64,000 nt of DNA from an uncultured delta proteobacterium (GCA_963767925.1 CAVYGB010000002.1:736001-800000); one strand, 5' to 3'; positions 1 through 11,400 are shown, numbered from the stretch's first letter. Numbers and translations are program-made. Notes: generated by a model not told the origin, from the letters alone.

Positions 1-1397
<1,397 letters not shown>

Positions 1398-1405
1398 CCC
1401 TCGGA

Positions 1406-1412
1406 TACTATA
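1406..1412. promoter_or_regulatory. Overlapping divergent -10 elements (TACTAT on +, TATAGT on -)
   Basis: The 23-bp gap between divergent starts 1397 and 1421 contains a TANNNT on each strand, each 9 nt from its ATG. Confidence 0.5.
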
Positions 1413-1420
1413 CAGCGGTG

Positions 1421-2173
1421 ATGCCCGGGATCGTCGGTGTGCTCGTCGTCTGGTTGCTCGCTGGCAACATCGCCGCCGAGGTCCCCGCCGACATCAGCGC
1501 CGTCCGGGACACCCTGAAGATCCTCAGCGACGGCCAGCGGCACTACGTGGCCGTCGTCCCCTTCGGCCCCTCCGATCACCTTTATTACGGGGATGGCGCG
1601 ACGTTTTACGCCCAGCGCGTATTCGGCAGCAGCAGCTCGGGCACCGACACCTTCGACTTCACCTTCTGGGAGCCGCGGGTGAAGGCGCGCTACCAGGCGG
1701 GCTTCGAGTTTCGCGGCGGCAAATATCAGGTGCAGTGCGAGGAGCGCAAGACCGAGCTGCGCCCGCTCCCCGACGACGAGAACCGCGCCATGCTCGCGCG
1801 GGCAAAGTTCTTCGCCCCGCGCTGGCGCCACCGGGCCCACGCCCTGGCCCGCGACGAGCGGGGCACCTACTACTACGTCGACCGCCTGCGCGAGCCCGAA
1901 GACAGCAAGAGCTTCCGCATCTGGGCCGGCCCCAAGGGCCGCGCCCGCCCCCTGAAGATGGTCAACGTGGTCAGCGACTCCCAGGGCGAGGTCTTCGCCA
2001 CCCGCGCCGGCGACCTGCGCCTGGTGCTCGCCCGCAACGAGGCCACCTGGGTCCGCAAGAGGAAACGCACCCGCCTCATCCCCCTGCCCGTCGAGGACAA
2101 CCACGTCCTCATCTACACCGACCTCGGCGTCTACACCGGCCAGCGCCTCGGCACCCCCTGCGACGACCTCTGA
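1421..2173 (+). CDS. Secreted hypothetical protein
   Basis: Signal-like MPGIVGVLVVWLLAGNIAA followed by a globular, aromatic-rich sequence with GC3-biased codons. Confidence 0.75.
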   Translation: MPGIVGVLVVWLLAGNIAAEVPADISAVRDTLKILSDGQRHYVAVVPFGPSDHLYYGDGATFYAQRVFGSSSSGTDTFDFTFWEPRVKARYQAGFEFRGGKYQVQCEERKTELRPLPDDENRAMLARAKFFAPRWRHRAHALARDERGTYYYVDRLREPEDSKSFRIWAGPKGRARPLKMVNVVSDSQGEVFATRAGDLRLVLARNEATWVRKRKRTRLIPLPVEDNHVLIYTDLGVYTGQRLGTPCDDL

Positions 2174-2532
2174 CCCCGCCGCACCCGGACACCCTGGCAG
2201 GGGGCGCAGCCAGCCGCCCGCGTTCGGTCGATCCGCATCGACATTTCGCCCGGGGCGCGACGGACCGGGATATTTTGCTCACCATGTCGAGAGCAACTCT
2301 GCGCTCGTCTCCCCTGAGCCTCTGCCGCGCGCTCGCCTGCGGCGCCGCCCGCCAGCGGGTCGGCCAGGACGGCGGGCTGGCCTCGACGGCGAGGTCGACG
2401 GCCGACGCGTCGACCGCCGACCCGGACGCCGCGTCGCTCGACGCACCCGAGCCCGACGCCGGCCTCCTGGATGCGCCCTCGTTCGACGCAGCCGCCTTCG
2501 ACGCACGCGAGCCCGACGCCGAGCCGCCAGAC

Positions 2533-3887
2533 CAACTTCGGCTCGGAGGGCGACGTCCCCTACCTGGTGATGGAGCTGCTCCAGGGGGAGGACCTCGCCA
2601 GCCGCCTCGGCCGCCACCCCGAGGGCCTGCCGGCCGAGGAGGCGGTCGACATCCCGCTGGCGGTCTGCGCGGGCGTGCACGCCGCCCACCGGGCCGGGGT
2701 GATCCACCGCGACCTCAAGCCGTCCAACATCTTCCTGGCCGAGGGCGCCCTCGGCGATGTCGAGCCCACGGTGCTGGACTTCGGGATCTCGAGCATCGAG
2801 CACGCGCCCCTCGGTCCGCCCTTGACCGAGTCGGGCGTGATGCTGGGAACGACGCCGTACCTCTCCCCCGAGCAGGTGGCCCAGGAGGAGGTGGGGGCCT
2901 GGACCGACCAGCTCGCCCTGGGGGTGGTGCTGTACGAGTGCCTGACCGGCCGCCGCCCGCACCCGGGCAAGACCGCGTTCCCGGTCATGCAGAACATCGG
3001 CGCCGGGCGGACCGTCGCCCCCTCGCTGCTGCGGCCGGGGCTCCCGCGTGGCCTCGACGCGGTGGTCAGCCGGGCCATGGCCCTGGCCCCGACCGATCGC
3101 TTCGGCTCGGCCCACGCCCTCGGCGCGGCCCTGCTGCCTTTCGCCTCGCCCCGCAAGCAGGTCATCTGGACCCGCTATTTCGCCGGCGAGAGGACCGCCG
3201 AGCGCCCGCCCTCTTCGGACAGTCCGCTGGTCCATCGCGGGTCCACCGACACGCCCGTCGGAGACCTCCGTCCGCCTCGGCACCTGGCTGCTGCGCGCGG
3301 CGGTTGTCGGGGCGCTGTCGGCGACCATCTGGATCGTGCTGGGGCGCCCCTTGCTGTCCCCGGGAGCGGCGCCCGATCGTGCCGGACCGGCGCAGGAACG
3401 CTCCGCCACCGCCGTCCGCCCCACCCCTGCGCCCCCACCGCCGACGGCAGCCGTGGGGCGCCCGCCCGCCAGCGCTCCGCCGGCCGAGGTGACCATCGCC
3501 GCCGCCAATCCGCCCCCCGGCCTGACCGCCATCGTCGACGGCGAGGCGACCGCCGTGCCCTTCAGTCTGCCCCGCGGCGCCCCCCCGCGCCAGATCGAGC
3601 TCCGCGCGCCCGGCCACCACCGCATGCGCGTCCTGGTCGACGGCAGCCGCGACCGGACTCTGGAGCTGCGGCTGCGCCCGATGGGAGCCGCCCGGAGAGC
3701 CTGGCGCCCACCTTCCCCTCCCACCGACGTTTCCGCTGAAGCGCCTACCGCCGCCGAGCATCCGCCACAACCGACCCCGCCCGTCGACCCACCCCCGCCG
3801 CCTCCCTTCACCGATCCCTTATCCCCTCTATCTCCTGCCGCCGCCCGATCCGCCGACCGGCGCGCTCCTGGTCAAACGGCCGTATAA
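2533..3887 (+). pseudogene. Ser/Thr kinase lacking its N-lobe, frameshifted before a TM/PEGA-like C-terminus
   Basis: Homology begins at NFGSEGDVPYLVMELL. HRDLKPSN, DFGIS and GTTPYLSPEQ are present, but the Gly-loop and VAIK are not. TM segment WLLRAAVVGALSATIWIVLG lies in another frame (shift at about 3190-3280). Confidence 0.65.
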
Positions 3888-3896
3888 TTCGTGAGC

Positions 3897-4586
3897 ATGC
3901 CGACCGCTCCCGACCTGCTCAACGCCGACGGCAGCGCGTCCCTGGCGACCGCGCTGCTGATGACCCACCATGGGCTACGTCGAGACATCGCGCTATTCGC
4001 GATCGCCTTGCGGCGGCTGGTGCCCGGAGACAAGGCGAAGATCGCGGCCCTGCGCGAGGAGTGGCGGAGCTACTGCGGCGTCCTGCACGGCCACCACGGC
4101 GCCGAGGACGCGAACCTGTTTCCCCATCTGCGGACGCAGCACCCCGCGCTGGGACCCGTGCTCGACGGCCTCAGCGCCGATCACCGGCGCATCGGTCCCC
4201 TGCTCGAGCACGGCAAGCGGGCCTTCGGCGAGCTGCCCGCCGTCGAGGCCTCGGTCACCGTGGTGGCCGCGCTGTCTGCGCTGCTGCAGTCCCACCTCGC
4301 CACCGAGGAGGCGGCGGCGATCCCGCTCCTCCGCCCGGCCAGCAACTTCCCGCCACCGGCGAGCGAGCAGGAAGCCGACCTCCACGCCCAGGGGTTCGCC
4401 TGGAGCTGCCACGGCATCGCTCCCGACGTCCTGGAGAAGGTCTACGCCATGTTGCCCGAGATATTGCGCTCGCGCTTGCCCGCCGCCCGCGCCGTCTACG
4501 CGCGACGCTGCGAGCGGGTCTGGGGCACCACCACGCCCGGCGCCTCCCGCACCGCCATCCCCGACTGGCTCCTCGCCCCCGGCTGA
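3897..4586 (+). CDS. Hemerythrin/HHE cation-binding domain protein
   Basis: HHGLRRD, LHGHHGAED, DHRRI and HLATEE motifs. Confidence 0.85.
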   Translation: MPTAPDLLNADGSASLATALLMTHHGLRRDIALFAIALRRLVPGDKAKIAALREEWRSYCGVLHGHHGAEDANLFPHLRTQHPALGPVLDGLSADHRRIGPLLEHGKRAFGELPAVEASVTVVAALSALLQSHLATEEAAAIPLLRPASNFPPPASEQEADLHAQGFAWSCHGIAPDVLEKVYAMLPEILRSRLPAARAVYARRCERVWGTTTPGASRTAIPDWLLAPG

Positions 4587-4851
4587 TCCAGGAGCACGGA
4601 ACGGTCCTGACCGGAGACGTTCGCGGTTCACCCGTTCGGTGATCAAGGCACCGGTCAGGAGTCGAACGGCCTGGCCACGCTGGCGATCGATCCGAGCACC
4701 CTCGCCCTGGAGCACGCCTTCGGACCGATGCCACAGGCCAGCCCTCTGGTCTCACCCCCTTGACACCCGACGGGCGGGCCCGGGCGTGCCGCGAGCGACG
4801 GGGCGGCCGTCCGGTCGCTCGCTCGCGCGCCCGCAGCTCCCGCGGGGGGGC

Positions 4852-5763
4852 TCAGGGCTCGCCGCGGGCCAGGGCGCGGATCTCGTCGGCCGAGAGCACC
4901 CGGTCGTAGACCCGCAGGTCGTCCATCCAGCCGTCGAAGATCTGACCGCCGGCCATCGACTGGCCCGCCACGAACGTGCTCGGGTTGGCGTAGGTGAAGG
5001 GCAGGCGGGAAACATCGGCGTCGAGGAGGACGCCGTCGAGGTAGATGGACGTGTCGCCGTCGACCGACGCGACGCCGGCCGCGTGGTGCCAGCTCCCGTC
5101 GTTGGCGGTGGGTGTGAGAGCTGTGGCCGCCACGAAGGTGGTGCTGGATCCCAGCGGCCGCCTCCGCACGAACTGCAGCTCGCCGATGTTCCAGCGGATG
5201 AAGTAGTTGTTGCCCTGGGAGACGAGGTCGGCGCGGGTGGTCTGGGTCGTACGGAACCAGACGGCGACGGTCACCCCCTGAGTGGGCTGCAGCGCGGCCG
5301 GCATCGAGGCGACCTGGACGCTGTTTCCCACGGTGCCGTCGAAGCGGCGGCTGCTCGGGTTGGCGAAGCTGGTGGGCGGCACCTCGATGCTGGGGCTGGG
5401 GGGTGTGCCGCTGTAGGTCCCCTCGAGCCCGTGCCCGGAAGCGTCGAGGGCGGTCGATCCCGCGGTCTCGTCGAAGCGCCAGTGCAACACGAGCCCGGCC
5501 ACGACCGGCCCGATCGGCGCATCCGCCCCGCCCGGTGCATCGGCGCCAGGGGGCCCGTCTGTCCCCGCTGCCCCATCCACGACCGCAGACCCATCTACCC
5601 TGGCCGTGTCTGGCGCAGCGTCCCCGCGGGGGGTGTCCGACATGCCGCCCACCTCCGGCCACTCGACCCGCGCGTCCCTCGACACGTAGGCGGGGTTGGG
5701 CGCGGTGCAGGCCAGGAGCGGCGCGAGCAGGAGATGGGCCAGGCGCACGTGCTCCTGTACCAT
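4852..5763 (-). CDS. LamG-like (concanavalin A fold) lipoprotein
   Basis: Lipobox LLAC; LHWRFDE, DGSWHHAAGV, IYLDG, MDDLRVYDRVLSADEI. Confidence 0.88.
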   Translation of the reverse strand: MVQEHVRLAHLLLAPLLACTAPNPAYVSRDARVEWPEVGGMSDTPRGDAAPDTARVDGSAVVDGAAGTDGPPGADAPGGADAPIGPVVAGLVLHWRFDETAGSTALDASGHGLEGTYSGTPPSPSIEVPPTSFANPSSRRFDGTVGNSVQVASMPAALQPTQGVTVAVWFRTTQTTRADLVSQGNNYFIRWNIGELQFVRRRPLGSSTTFVAATALTPTANDGSWHHAAGVASVDGDTSIYLDGVLLDADVSRLPFTYANPSTFVAGQSMAGGQIFDGWMDDLRVYDRVLSADEIRALARGEP

Positions 5764-5830
5764 CGGCCGATCCTTCCCGACGCTGAGAAGGTCGGCTCAC
5801 CTGCCCGATCGCAGGGCCGCCGCCGGGGGG

Positions 5831-6943
5831 TCAGCGGACGCAGCGGGTGAGGTAGGGGTTGTCCTGGCGGGAGTCGTAGGTGTAGCCGTGGACGAACGAG
5901 ACCCGCCAGGAGCTGCCGGGCGTGGCCGTCACCGTACTGGCCGTCCAGAAGGGGTCGAGGGGGGTGTCGGGAAACACGGTGGGGTCGATGGCCGGGTTGG
6001 AGCGCGCGTCGTCGACCAGGGACTGGAGCTCTTTCATGGTGGGCAGGCGCCAGCCGCCGCCGGCGAGCGCGAGGGCGGCGCAGTGGGCGCGGGCCTCGGT
6101 CCAGGGGCGGGCGGCGGTGGGGTCGACGGCTTGCTGCCAGGTCAGGCCGGTGACGGTGTCGAGGACGGTGCCGTCGGCGGCGCGGTAGCGGGAAGGTGGC
6201 TCGACGGCGGCGACGGGGCCGCCGCGGACACAGCGGGTGCGGTAGCGGGCCGTGTGGTCGATGAAGTTGCTGAAGCCGTTCTCGAAGTAGATGTACCAGG
6301 CGAAGCTGGCATCGTCGGCCCAGCGGGAGGAGGTCCAGAACCAGGCGGGCGCGGTACCGGGGAAGGCGGTGGGGTCGATCGCGGGGGAGTCGCGGGTGTA
6401 GTCCACGATGGAGACCAGCTCCATGCGGGTGGGCAGCCGCCAGTCGTCGTGGCCCGCCAGCGCCAGGCAAGCGCAGTGGGAGGTGGCCTCCTCCCAGCTC
6501 CGCAGGGCCGCGTCGACCTGACGCTGCCACAGCAAGCCGGTCACCCGATCGACGACCACCTCGGCCGAGGACGCGTCGTAGCTGTGGGGATTCCCAGCCC
6601 CCTCCCCGGCGGTGGGATGCGGAATCCGCCAGCTCGCGAACCGGCTCGCCGCCACGGTCACCGCACACCCCACCCCCCCATCCCCCGCCGGAGGCGAACA
6701 CCCGCCCTCCGGACACGCCACCCCGTCCACGCCGTCCCCACCGTCGCCGTCACCGTCTCGACCCCCCGCCACGTCCACCTCCGCGGGCGCCACCTCGGCC
6801 CGGCCCGGACCGCCATCCCCGCCGTCAGCTCCCGCCTCGCGGTCCACACCAGCGTCAGCCACCCCAGCCGGTGAGCCGCCGCAGCCCCCCGCCGCAGCGA
6901 CCGCCACCAAAAGGAGCCCAAACGCAAAAACCGACGCCCCACC
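5831..6943 (-). CDS. Lipoprotein with two DUF1566 (Lcl C-terminal) domains; 5' end apparently frameshifted near 6915
   Basis: Two copies of DxxTGLxWQ...WxEAxxHCxxLALAG..WRLPTxxEL...FWT...RCVR; lipobox AAGGC. Start uncertain (TTG 6910 in ORF track). Confidence 0.85.
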   Translation of the reverse strand, partial: GGASVFAFGLLLVAVAAAGGCGGSPAGVADAGVDREAGADGGDGGPGRAEVAPAEVDVAGGRDGDGDGGDGVDGVACPEGGCSPPAGDGGVGCAVTVAASRFASWRIPHPTAGEGAGNPHSYDASSAEVVVDRVTGLLWQRQVDAALRSWEEATSHCACLALAGHDDWRLPTRMELVSIVDYTRDSPAIDPTAFPGTAPAWFWTSSRWADDASFAWYIYFENGFSNFIDHTARYRTRCVRGGPVAAVEPPSRYRAADGTVLDTVTGLTWQQAVDPTAARPWTEARAHCAALALAGGGWRLPTMKELQSLVDDARSNPAIDPTVFPDTPLDPFWTASTVTATPGSSWRVSFVHGYTYDSRQDNPYLTRCVR

Positions 6944-7193
6944 ACCACCCGTTCGCCCTCGCCCCGCGCCAGCGGGAAGGCGAGGCCCAAACGCAAAAAC
7001 CGACGCCCCACCACCCGTTCGCCCTCGCCCCGCGCCAGCGGGAAGGCGAGGCCCAAACGCAAAAACCGACGCCCCACCACCCGTTCGCCCTCGCCCCGCG
7101 CCAGCGGGAAGGCGAGGCCCAAACGCAAAAACCGACGCCCCACCACCCGTTCGCCCTCGCCCCGCGCCAGCGGGGAGAGGGAGGGGTGAGGGG
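6916..7193. repeat. Tandem repeat, 66-bp unit x4 (first unit 69 bp), ending in a complete REP-like element
   Basis: Units start at 6916, 6985, 7051 and 7117: GCCCAAACGCAAAAACCGACGCCCCACCACCCGTTCGCCCTCGCCCCGCGCCAGCGGGAAGGCGAG. Confidence 0.97.
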
Positions 7194-7234
7194 ACGTCGG
7201 CTGGAACCGTACCGATCGGAACCCTACGCGCGCG

Positions 7235-8584
7235 CTACGAAGACAGCTCCGGCAGCAGGCCCTCTTTGCCGGCCGCGCCGTACCCGGTGACCGGATAGCC
7301 CATGCCGGTGACGATGCTCGCCAGCAGCTTGTTGTGCGGCGTCGGATCCGGGAAGCGGACCACCCGGCCGGTCTTGAAGTACCCACCCGCGCTGCCGATC
7401 ATGCAGAACGGAATCGGCCCGACCCGGTGGCTGGCCCCGTCCTCCATGCCGTTGCCGGTGACGATGAGCGAGTTGTCCAGCGCGGTGCCGTCCCCCTCGA
7501 CCGTCTCGTCGAGCTGCTTGACCAGGTTGGCCACCTGGGCGAACAGCCAGCTATCGATCTTGATCTTGTCGGCCGCCGCCCCGCCGCCCGAGTGGGCCAC
7601 GGCGTGGTAGTCGCGGTTGATGCCGAGGAAGGGGAAGGCGTTCCCGTCCCCGCCCCCGTCGTCGTAGATGTCGACGGTGGCCACCCGCGTGACGTCGCAG
7701 CGGAGCGCGGCCGCGATGAGGTCGTACATCGACTTGAGCCCCGTCGGCGCGTCGGGCTTGCCCGCCCCCGGCGGCACCATCGGCTTGGCGCAGGCCGCCC
7801 CGGCGCTGGGGGCCGAGAGCTGCTTCTCGATGTCCCGCAGCGATTCGTGGTGGGACTCGATCTTGGCCCGGTCGACCGTGCCCAGGCGGGCCCGGAACTG
7901 TTCCAGCTCGCGGCCCACGAAGTCGAGCACGCTCTTGCGGCGGTTGCGAGCCTGGTCGATGGCGGGCGTCGGCATGGCCGATCCGGCGAACAGGCGGCCG
8001 AACACCCGGCTGGGGATGTCGTCGGGTGTGTTGCGCTGGCCGGCCGCGCGCCAGGACGACGGCAGACCGTCGCCGAAGCAGCGCACGCCGGTGGTCAGCA
8101 GCGGCACCGGCAGCTTGACCGTCTTGGCGATCTGGTCGGCCACGTACTGGTCGATCGAGGGCCCCTGGCCGTTGCGGCCGCTGGCCTTGCCGGTCCAGAG
8201 CGCGCCCCAGGCGAAGTGCCCGGCGTAGGTCGCCAGGTTGAGGTGCAGGCCCATCGGGATGATCATCTTCGCCGCCCAGGGCTCGAGCGGCTTGAGCGTC
8301 GCCCCGATGCTGAGCTGGTTACCCGAGGGGTAAAACGAGCTCTTGATCACGCCGTTGGTCCAGGTGACGAGCACCAGCCGCTTGGGGTGCGGGTTGGCCG
8401 CGTCCTGACCCAGCGCCGGTTCGGCGTGGATGAGCGGCAACATCGCCGCCCCGACGCCCATCCGCTGCAGCAGCGCCCGGCGGGAGAAGCGGTCCTTGTT
8501 GGTGGCTGGTTTCATCGTCTTCGCCTCGTTCGTGACCACGTTCGTCGCCGGGCTGGTCGCCGTATCGGTTTTGGTCGGGATCAT
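7235..8584 (-). CDS. DUF1552 domain protein with Tat-like leader
   Basis: FSRRALL, PKRLV, GPSIDQYVA, RRKSVLDFV, ALRCDVTRVAT, GTALDNS, GSAGGYFKTGR; ATGA overlap with the upstream gene. Confidence 0.88.
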   Translation of the reverse strand: MIPTKTDTATSPATNVVTNEAKTMKPATNKDRFSRRALLQRMGVGAAMLPLIHAEPALGQDAANPHPKRLVLVTWTNGVIKSSFYPSGNQLSIGATLKPLEPWAAKMIIPMGLHLNLATYAGHFAWGALWTGKASGRNGQGPSIDQYVADQIAKTVKLPVPLLTTGVRCFGDGLPSSWRAAGQRNTPDDIPSRVFGRLFAGSAMPTPAIDQARNRRKSVLDFVGRELEQFRARLGTVDRAKIESHHESLRDIEKQLSAPSAGAACAKPMVPPGAGKPDAPTGLKSMYDLIAAALRCDVTRVATVDIYDDGGGDGNAFPFLGINRDYHAVAHSGGGAAADKIKIDSWLFAQVANLVKQLDETVEGDGTALDNSLIVTGNGMEDGASHRVGPIPFCMIGSAGGYFKTGRVVRFPDPTPHNKLLASIVTGMGYPVTGYGAAGKEGLLPELSS

Positions 8585-10314
8585 TTCAGCATCTCCCCTT
8601 CGGCGGGCGCCCGGTAACGGAAGGAGCGCGACCCCACCACCCCCACCAGGAGGTCGCGGATGTTCCCGCCCCGGAAGGCGCCGGCGACGGCGTCGATCGA
8701 AGCGCGGTCGGCCTCGGTGTCCTTGCGCTTGAGAGCGAAGCGCGTCCACTGAGTGGCGAAGCAGCGCTGGGCGGTCGGGCTGGCGGCCAGGACCTTCACC
8801 AGCTCGCGGGCGTTGTTGAAGCTGTGCTTCTGCCCGTCGAGGTCGATGGCGCCGGTGGCGTCGACAACCCCGCCGTTGTCCATCGTGCGAAAGCCGCCGA
8901 TGCCGTCGTAGTTCTCGAAGGCGAACCCGAGCGGATCCATCAGGCCGTGGCAGCCGGTGGCGCAGGCCTGGTCGGAGTGCTCCTTGAAGCGCTCGCGCGT
9001 GGTGCCGCCCTCGGAGGCCTCCTTCGGCGGCGGGATCACCGCGGGGGGCGGCGGCAGCTCGCCGCACAGCAGGTTCTCGTAGATCTTCTTGCCGCGCTTG
9101 ACCGGGTGAGACCCGTCGGTCGCACCGGTGATGGTGAGGAACGCCGTCTGGGTCAGCAACCCGGAGCGCTGGGTGGCGTCGAGCTCGGCCTGCTTGAGGG
9201 GCATGCCGGTGACGCCCTTGAGGCCGTACACGCCGGCGAGCGGCTGGTTGACGAAGGAGAAGCCGGCGGTGAGCACCGTCGACAGCAGGCTGTCGCCGTC
9301 GAACACGACGTTGCCCACGAAGGCCCGCGCCTCCTCGAGCATCGCGGTCTTCAGGTCGTCCTTGAACTGCGGGTAGATCATCGGGTTCTTGGGACGGTCG
9401 AGGACCTGGTCGAGCCCCAGCCACTCCTCGAAGAAGGTGGCGACGGTCTCCCGCGCGCGGGGGCTGGCCAGCAGGCGGCGGGCCTGCGCCTCGAGCTCGC
9501 CCTGGGTGCCGAGCCTGCCGGCGGCGGCCGCGTCGAACAGCTCCTGGTCGGGCATCGAGCCCAGCAGGAAGTAGGAGAGCTGCGAGGCGTTCTCGTACTG
9601 GCCGAGCTTGACCAGGTTGCCCTCCAGGCGGGGGGCCTCCGGACCGCTCTCCCAGTGATAGATGAAGGCCGGCGCCTGCAACATGCCCTCGATGACCAGC
9701 CGGACGGCGCCAGCGTGGTCGAGGCCGACCGTGCCGCGTCCATCTTTATAGAGCTGGACCAGGCTGTCGACCTCCCGGGTGACCAGGGGGCGGCGGTAAG
9801 CGCGCAGCCCGAACTCGGTCACGAACTTGCGCGCGCAGCCCTCCTCGTCGCCGCCCGTGCAAGGGGCCAGCGTCGCGACGTTGGCCGTGGTGGCCAGGCT
9901 CTCGGCGGCGTCGCGGAGGGTGGAGTAGTCCTGCGACGAGACCGGGCCAGCGACCCGGAACAGGAACTCGCCCTTGTCCGAGGGGAACTTGTCGGCCGGC
10001 CGGGAGGTGTCGCCCAGCAGGTCCCGCACGGTGTTGTTGTACTCGCGGCGGTCGAGCCGGCGCAGCGGCAGCGGGCCGACGGCGTTCGGGTCGACATTGC
10101 CGCCGGCCGCGTTGCCGCCGGGCGGGACAGGCGCGTTGGGCGATCCGGATTGCCCCGGCATGGTGGGCTGGCCGGGAACGGCGGGCCGGCCAGGGTCGCT
10201 TGGACCGGCCGGGGAAGGGGCGCCAGGCTGGTCGGTGCCCTCGATGGCACCCGTACAGCCGACAGCGCCCCCGAGGAGCATCGCAGCAAGAGTGAAGCGG
10301 CCCTGTCTAAGCAT
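8581..10314 (-). CDS. DUF1587/1595/1592/1588/1585 domain lipoprotein
   Basis: Lipobox AVGC; LRRLDRREYNNTVRDLLG, AYRRP, LSYFL..SMPD, RSGLL, HPVKRG, TTRER, CATGCH, DPLGFAFENYD. Confidence 0.9.
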   Translation of the reverse strand: MLRQGRFTLAAMLLGGAVGCTGAIEGTDQPGAPSPAGPSDPGRPAVPGQPTMPGQSGSPNAPVPPGGNAAGGNVDPNAVGPLPLRRLDRREYNNTVRDLLGDTSRPADKFPSDKGEFLFRVAGPVSSQDYSTLRDAAESLATTANVATLAPCTGGDEEGCARKFVTEFGLRAYRRPLVTREVDSLVQLYKDGRGTVGLDHAGAVRLVIEGMLQAPAFIYHWESGPEAPRLEGNLVKLGQYENASQLSYFLLGSMPDQELFDAAAAGRLGTQGELEAQARRLLASPRARETVATFFEEWLGLDQVLDRPKNPMIYPQFKDDLKTAMLEEARAFVGNVVFDGDSLLSTVLTAGFSFVNQPLAGVYGLKGVTGMPLKQAELDATQRSGLLTQTAFLTITGATDGSHPVKRGKKIYENLLCGELPPPPAVIPPPKEASEGGTTRERFKEHSDQACATGCHGLMDPLGFAFENYDGIGGFRTMDNGGVVDATGAIDLDGQKHSFNNARELVKVLAASPTAQRCFATQWTRFALKRKDTEADRASIDAVAGAFRGGNIRDLLVGVVGSRSFRYRAPAEGEMLK

Positions 10315-10523
10315 TCCGTTGCCCTTTCGCCCGAAACGACGTGACTACGCGCAGGAGTTCCTGAAAACGGTATCGCTTCCAAGGCAGTGGCCCAACCCCC
10401 CCAAGGCAGTTCTTCAATTCGCCAACCAGCGTCTTTCCCCGCCCCACCCCCGGCAACCGTGCCATTTCCGCACATCGACCCTGTGATGCATCGGGACAAA
10501 ACGTGCAGCTATAATGGTCCCGG

Positions 10524-11384
10524 ATGTTCGAAGAGGTGGAGGACCGTCGCCGGCGCCTGGACGCCTTTCGTCCGTTCAGCGCCGACCAGCGCGCCCGCCT
10601 CGACGCGTCTTCCAGCCCTGGTCATCTACGGCAGCAACGCCCTCGAGGGGAACACCCTCACCCTCGGTGAGACCATCTCGCTGATCCGGGAGGGCCGCCT
10701 CTTCCCGTTCACCGCCTACCTCGAGCAGGAGCTCCTCTGGTCGTACGACCAGGCCCTCGACGTCCTGGAGGGCCGCACGGTGATCACGACCGACGACCTG
10801 ATCCGCCGCTTCGCCGGCCTCGAGCAGCGCGGACTCGGAGCCGCGGGTATCTCGCCCGACGAACGGAGACGACAGGAAGCAGCCGCGAGTAGAATCACCA
10901 CCATCGGCCGGATCGTCGAAGAACACGTCACCGTGATCGCCAAGCGGCTCGCCCCCTCCTGGCCCACCCTCCAGCCGCAGTGGAGTGGTCCTTCCGGCGT
11001 GACCGCACTGGACCGAAATCTCCCGTCGGGCCGGTCCCTCCTCGACACCCTCGGGCTGAGCGGTCGGCCCATCCTCGGAACGGCAGCGCACGTCGCTTTG
11101 AAGATCGTCCTTCGCGAGGAGAGCGCGGTCCAGGTCCCCGAAACACCTTCGAAGTGGTCGTCCTCGCCGAGCCCCACGCGCTGACGCTGACCTCGATCAG
11201 CCAGGTACGGACGGCCGACCCCGAACCGCGCACCGAGATCGAACGCCTTCGGCTGTCGCTGGGTCCGCAGCCATCCGACGAAGCCGACGTTCGCCGCTTC
11301 GTGCTCGAGCAGGTCACCCGATTCCTCGCCCGCCTGGAGGCCGAGATCACCGCTCGCAACAACCCTTCCCCCACCAATCCCTGA
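10524..11384 (+). pseudogene. Fic-family remnant, frameshifted and missing the catalytic core
   Basis: MFEEVEDRRRRLDAFRPFS, then a shift to YGSNALEGNTLTLGET (Fic N-terminal signature). No HPFxxGNGR motif; probable second shift at about 11140. Confidence 0.65.
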
Positions 11385-11400
11385 GCCGGGCTGCGGCCGC

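Noticed and set aside
5831..6910. Diversity-generating retroelement targeting the DUF1566 protein
   Set aside because: No reverse transcriptase and no adenine-mismatched template repeat were seen in the window; a remote DGR cannot be excluded.
6916..7193. CRISPR array
   Set aside because: Units are identical head to tail, with no variable spacers.
7235..7237. Stop readthrough fusing DUF1552 to the in-frame DUF1566 gene
   Set aside because: The open frame passes through REP and repeat sequence; a separate signal peptide with a 1-nt indel explains it better.
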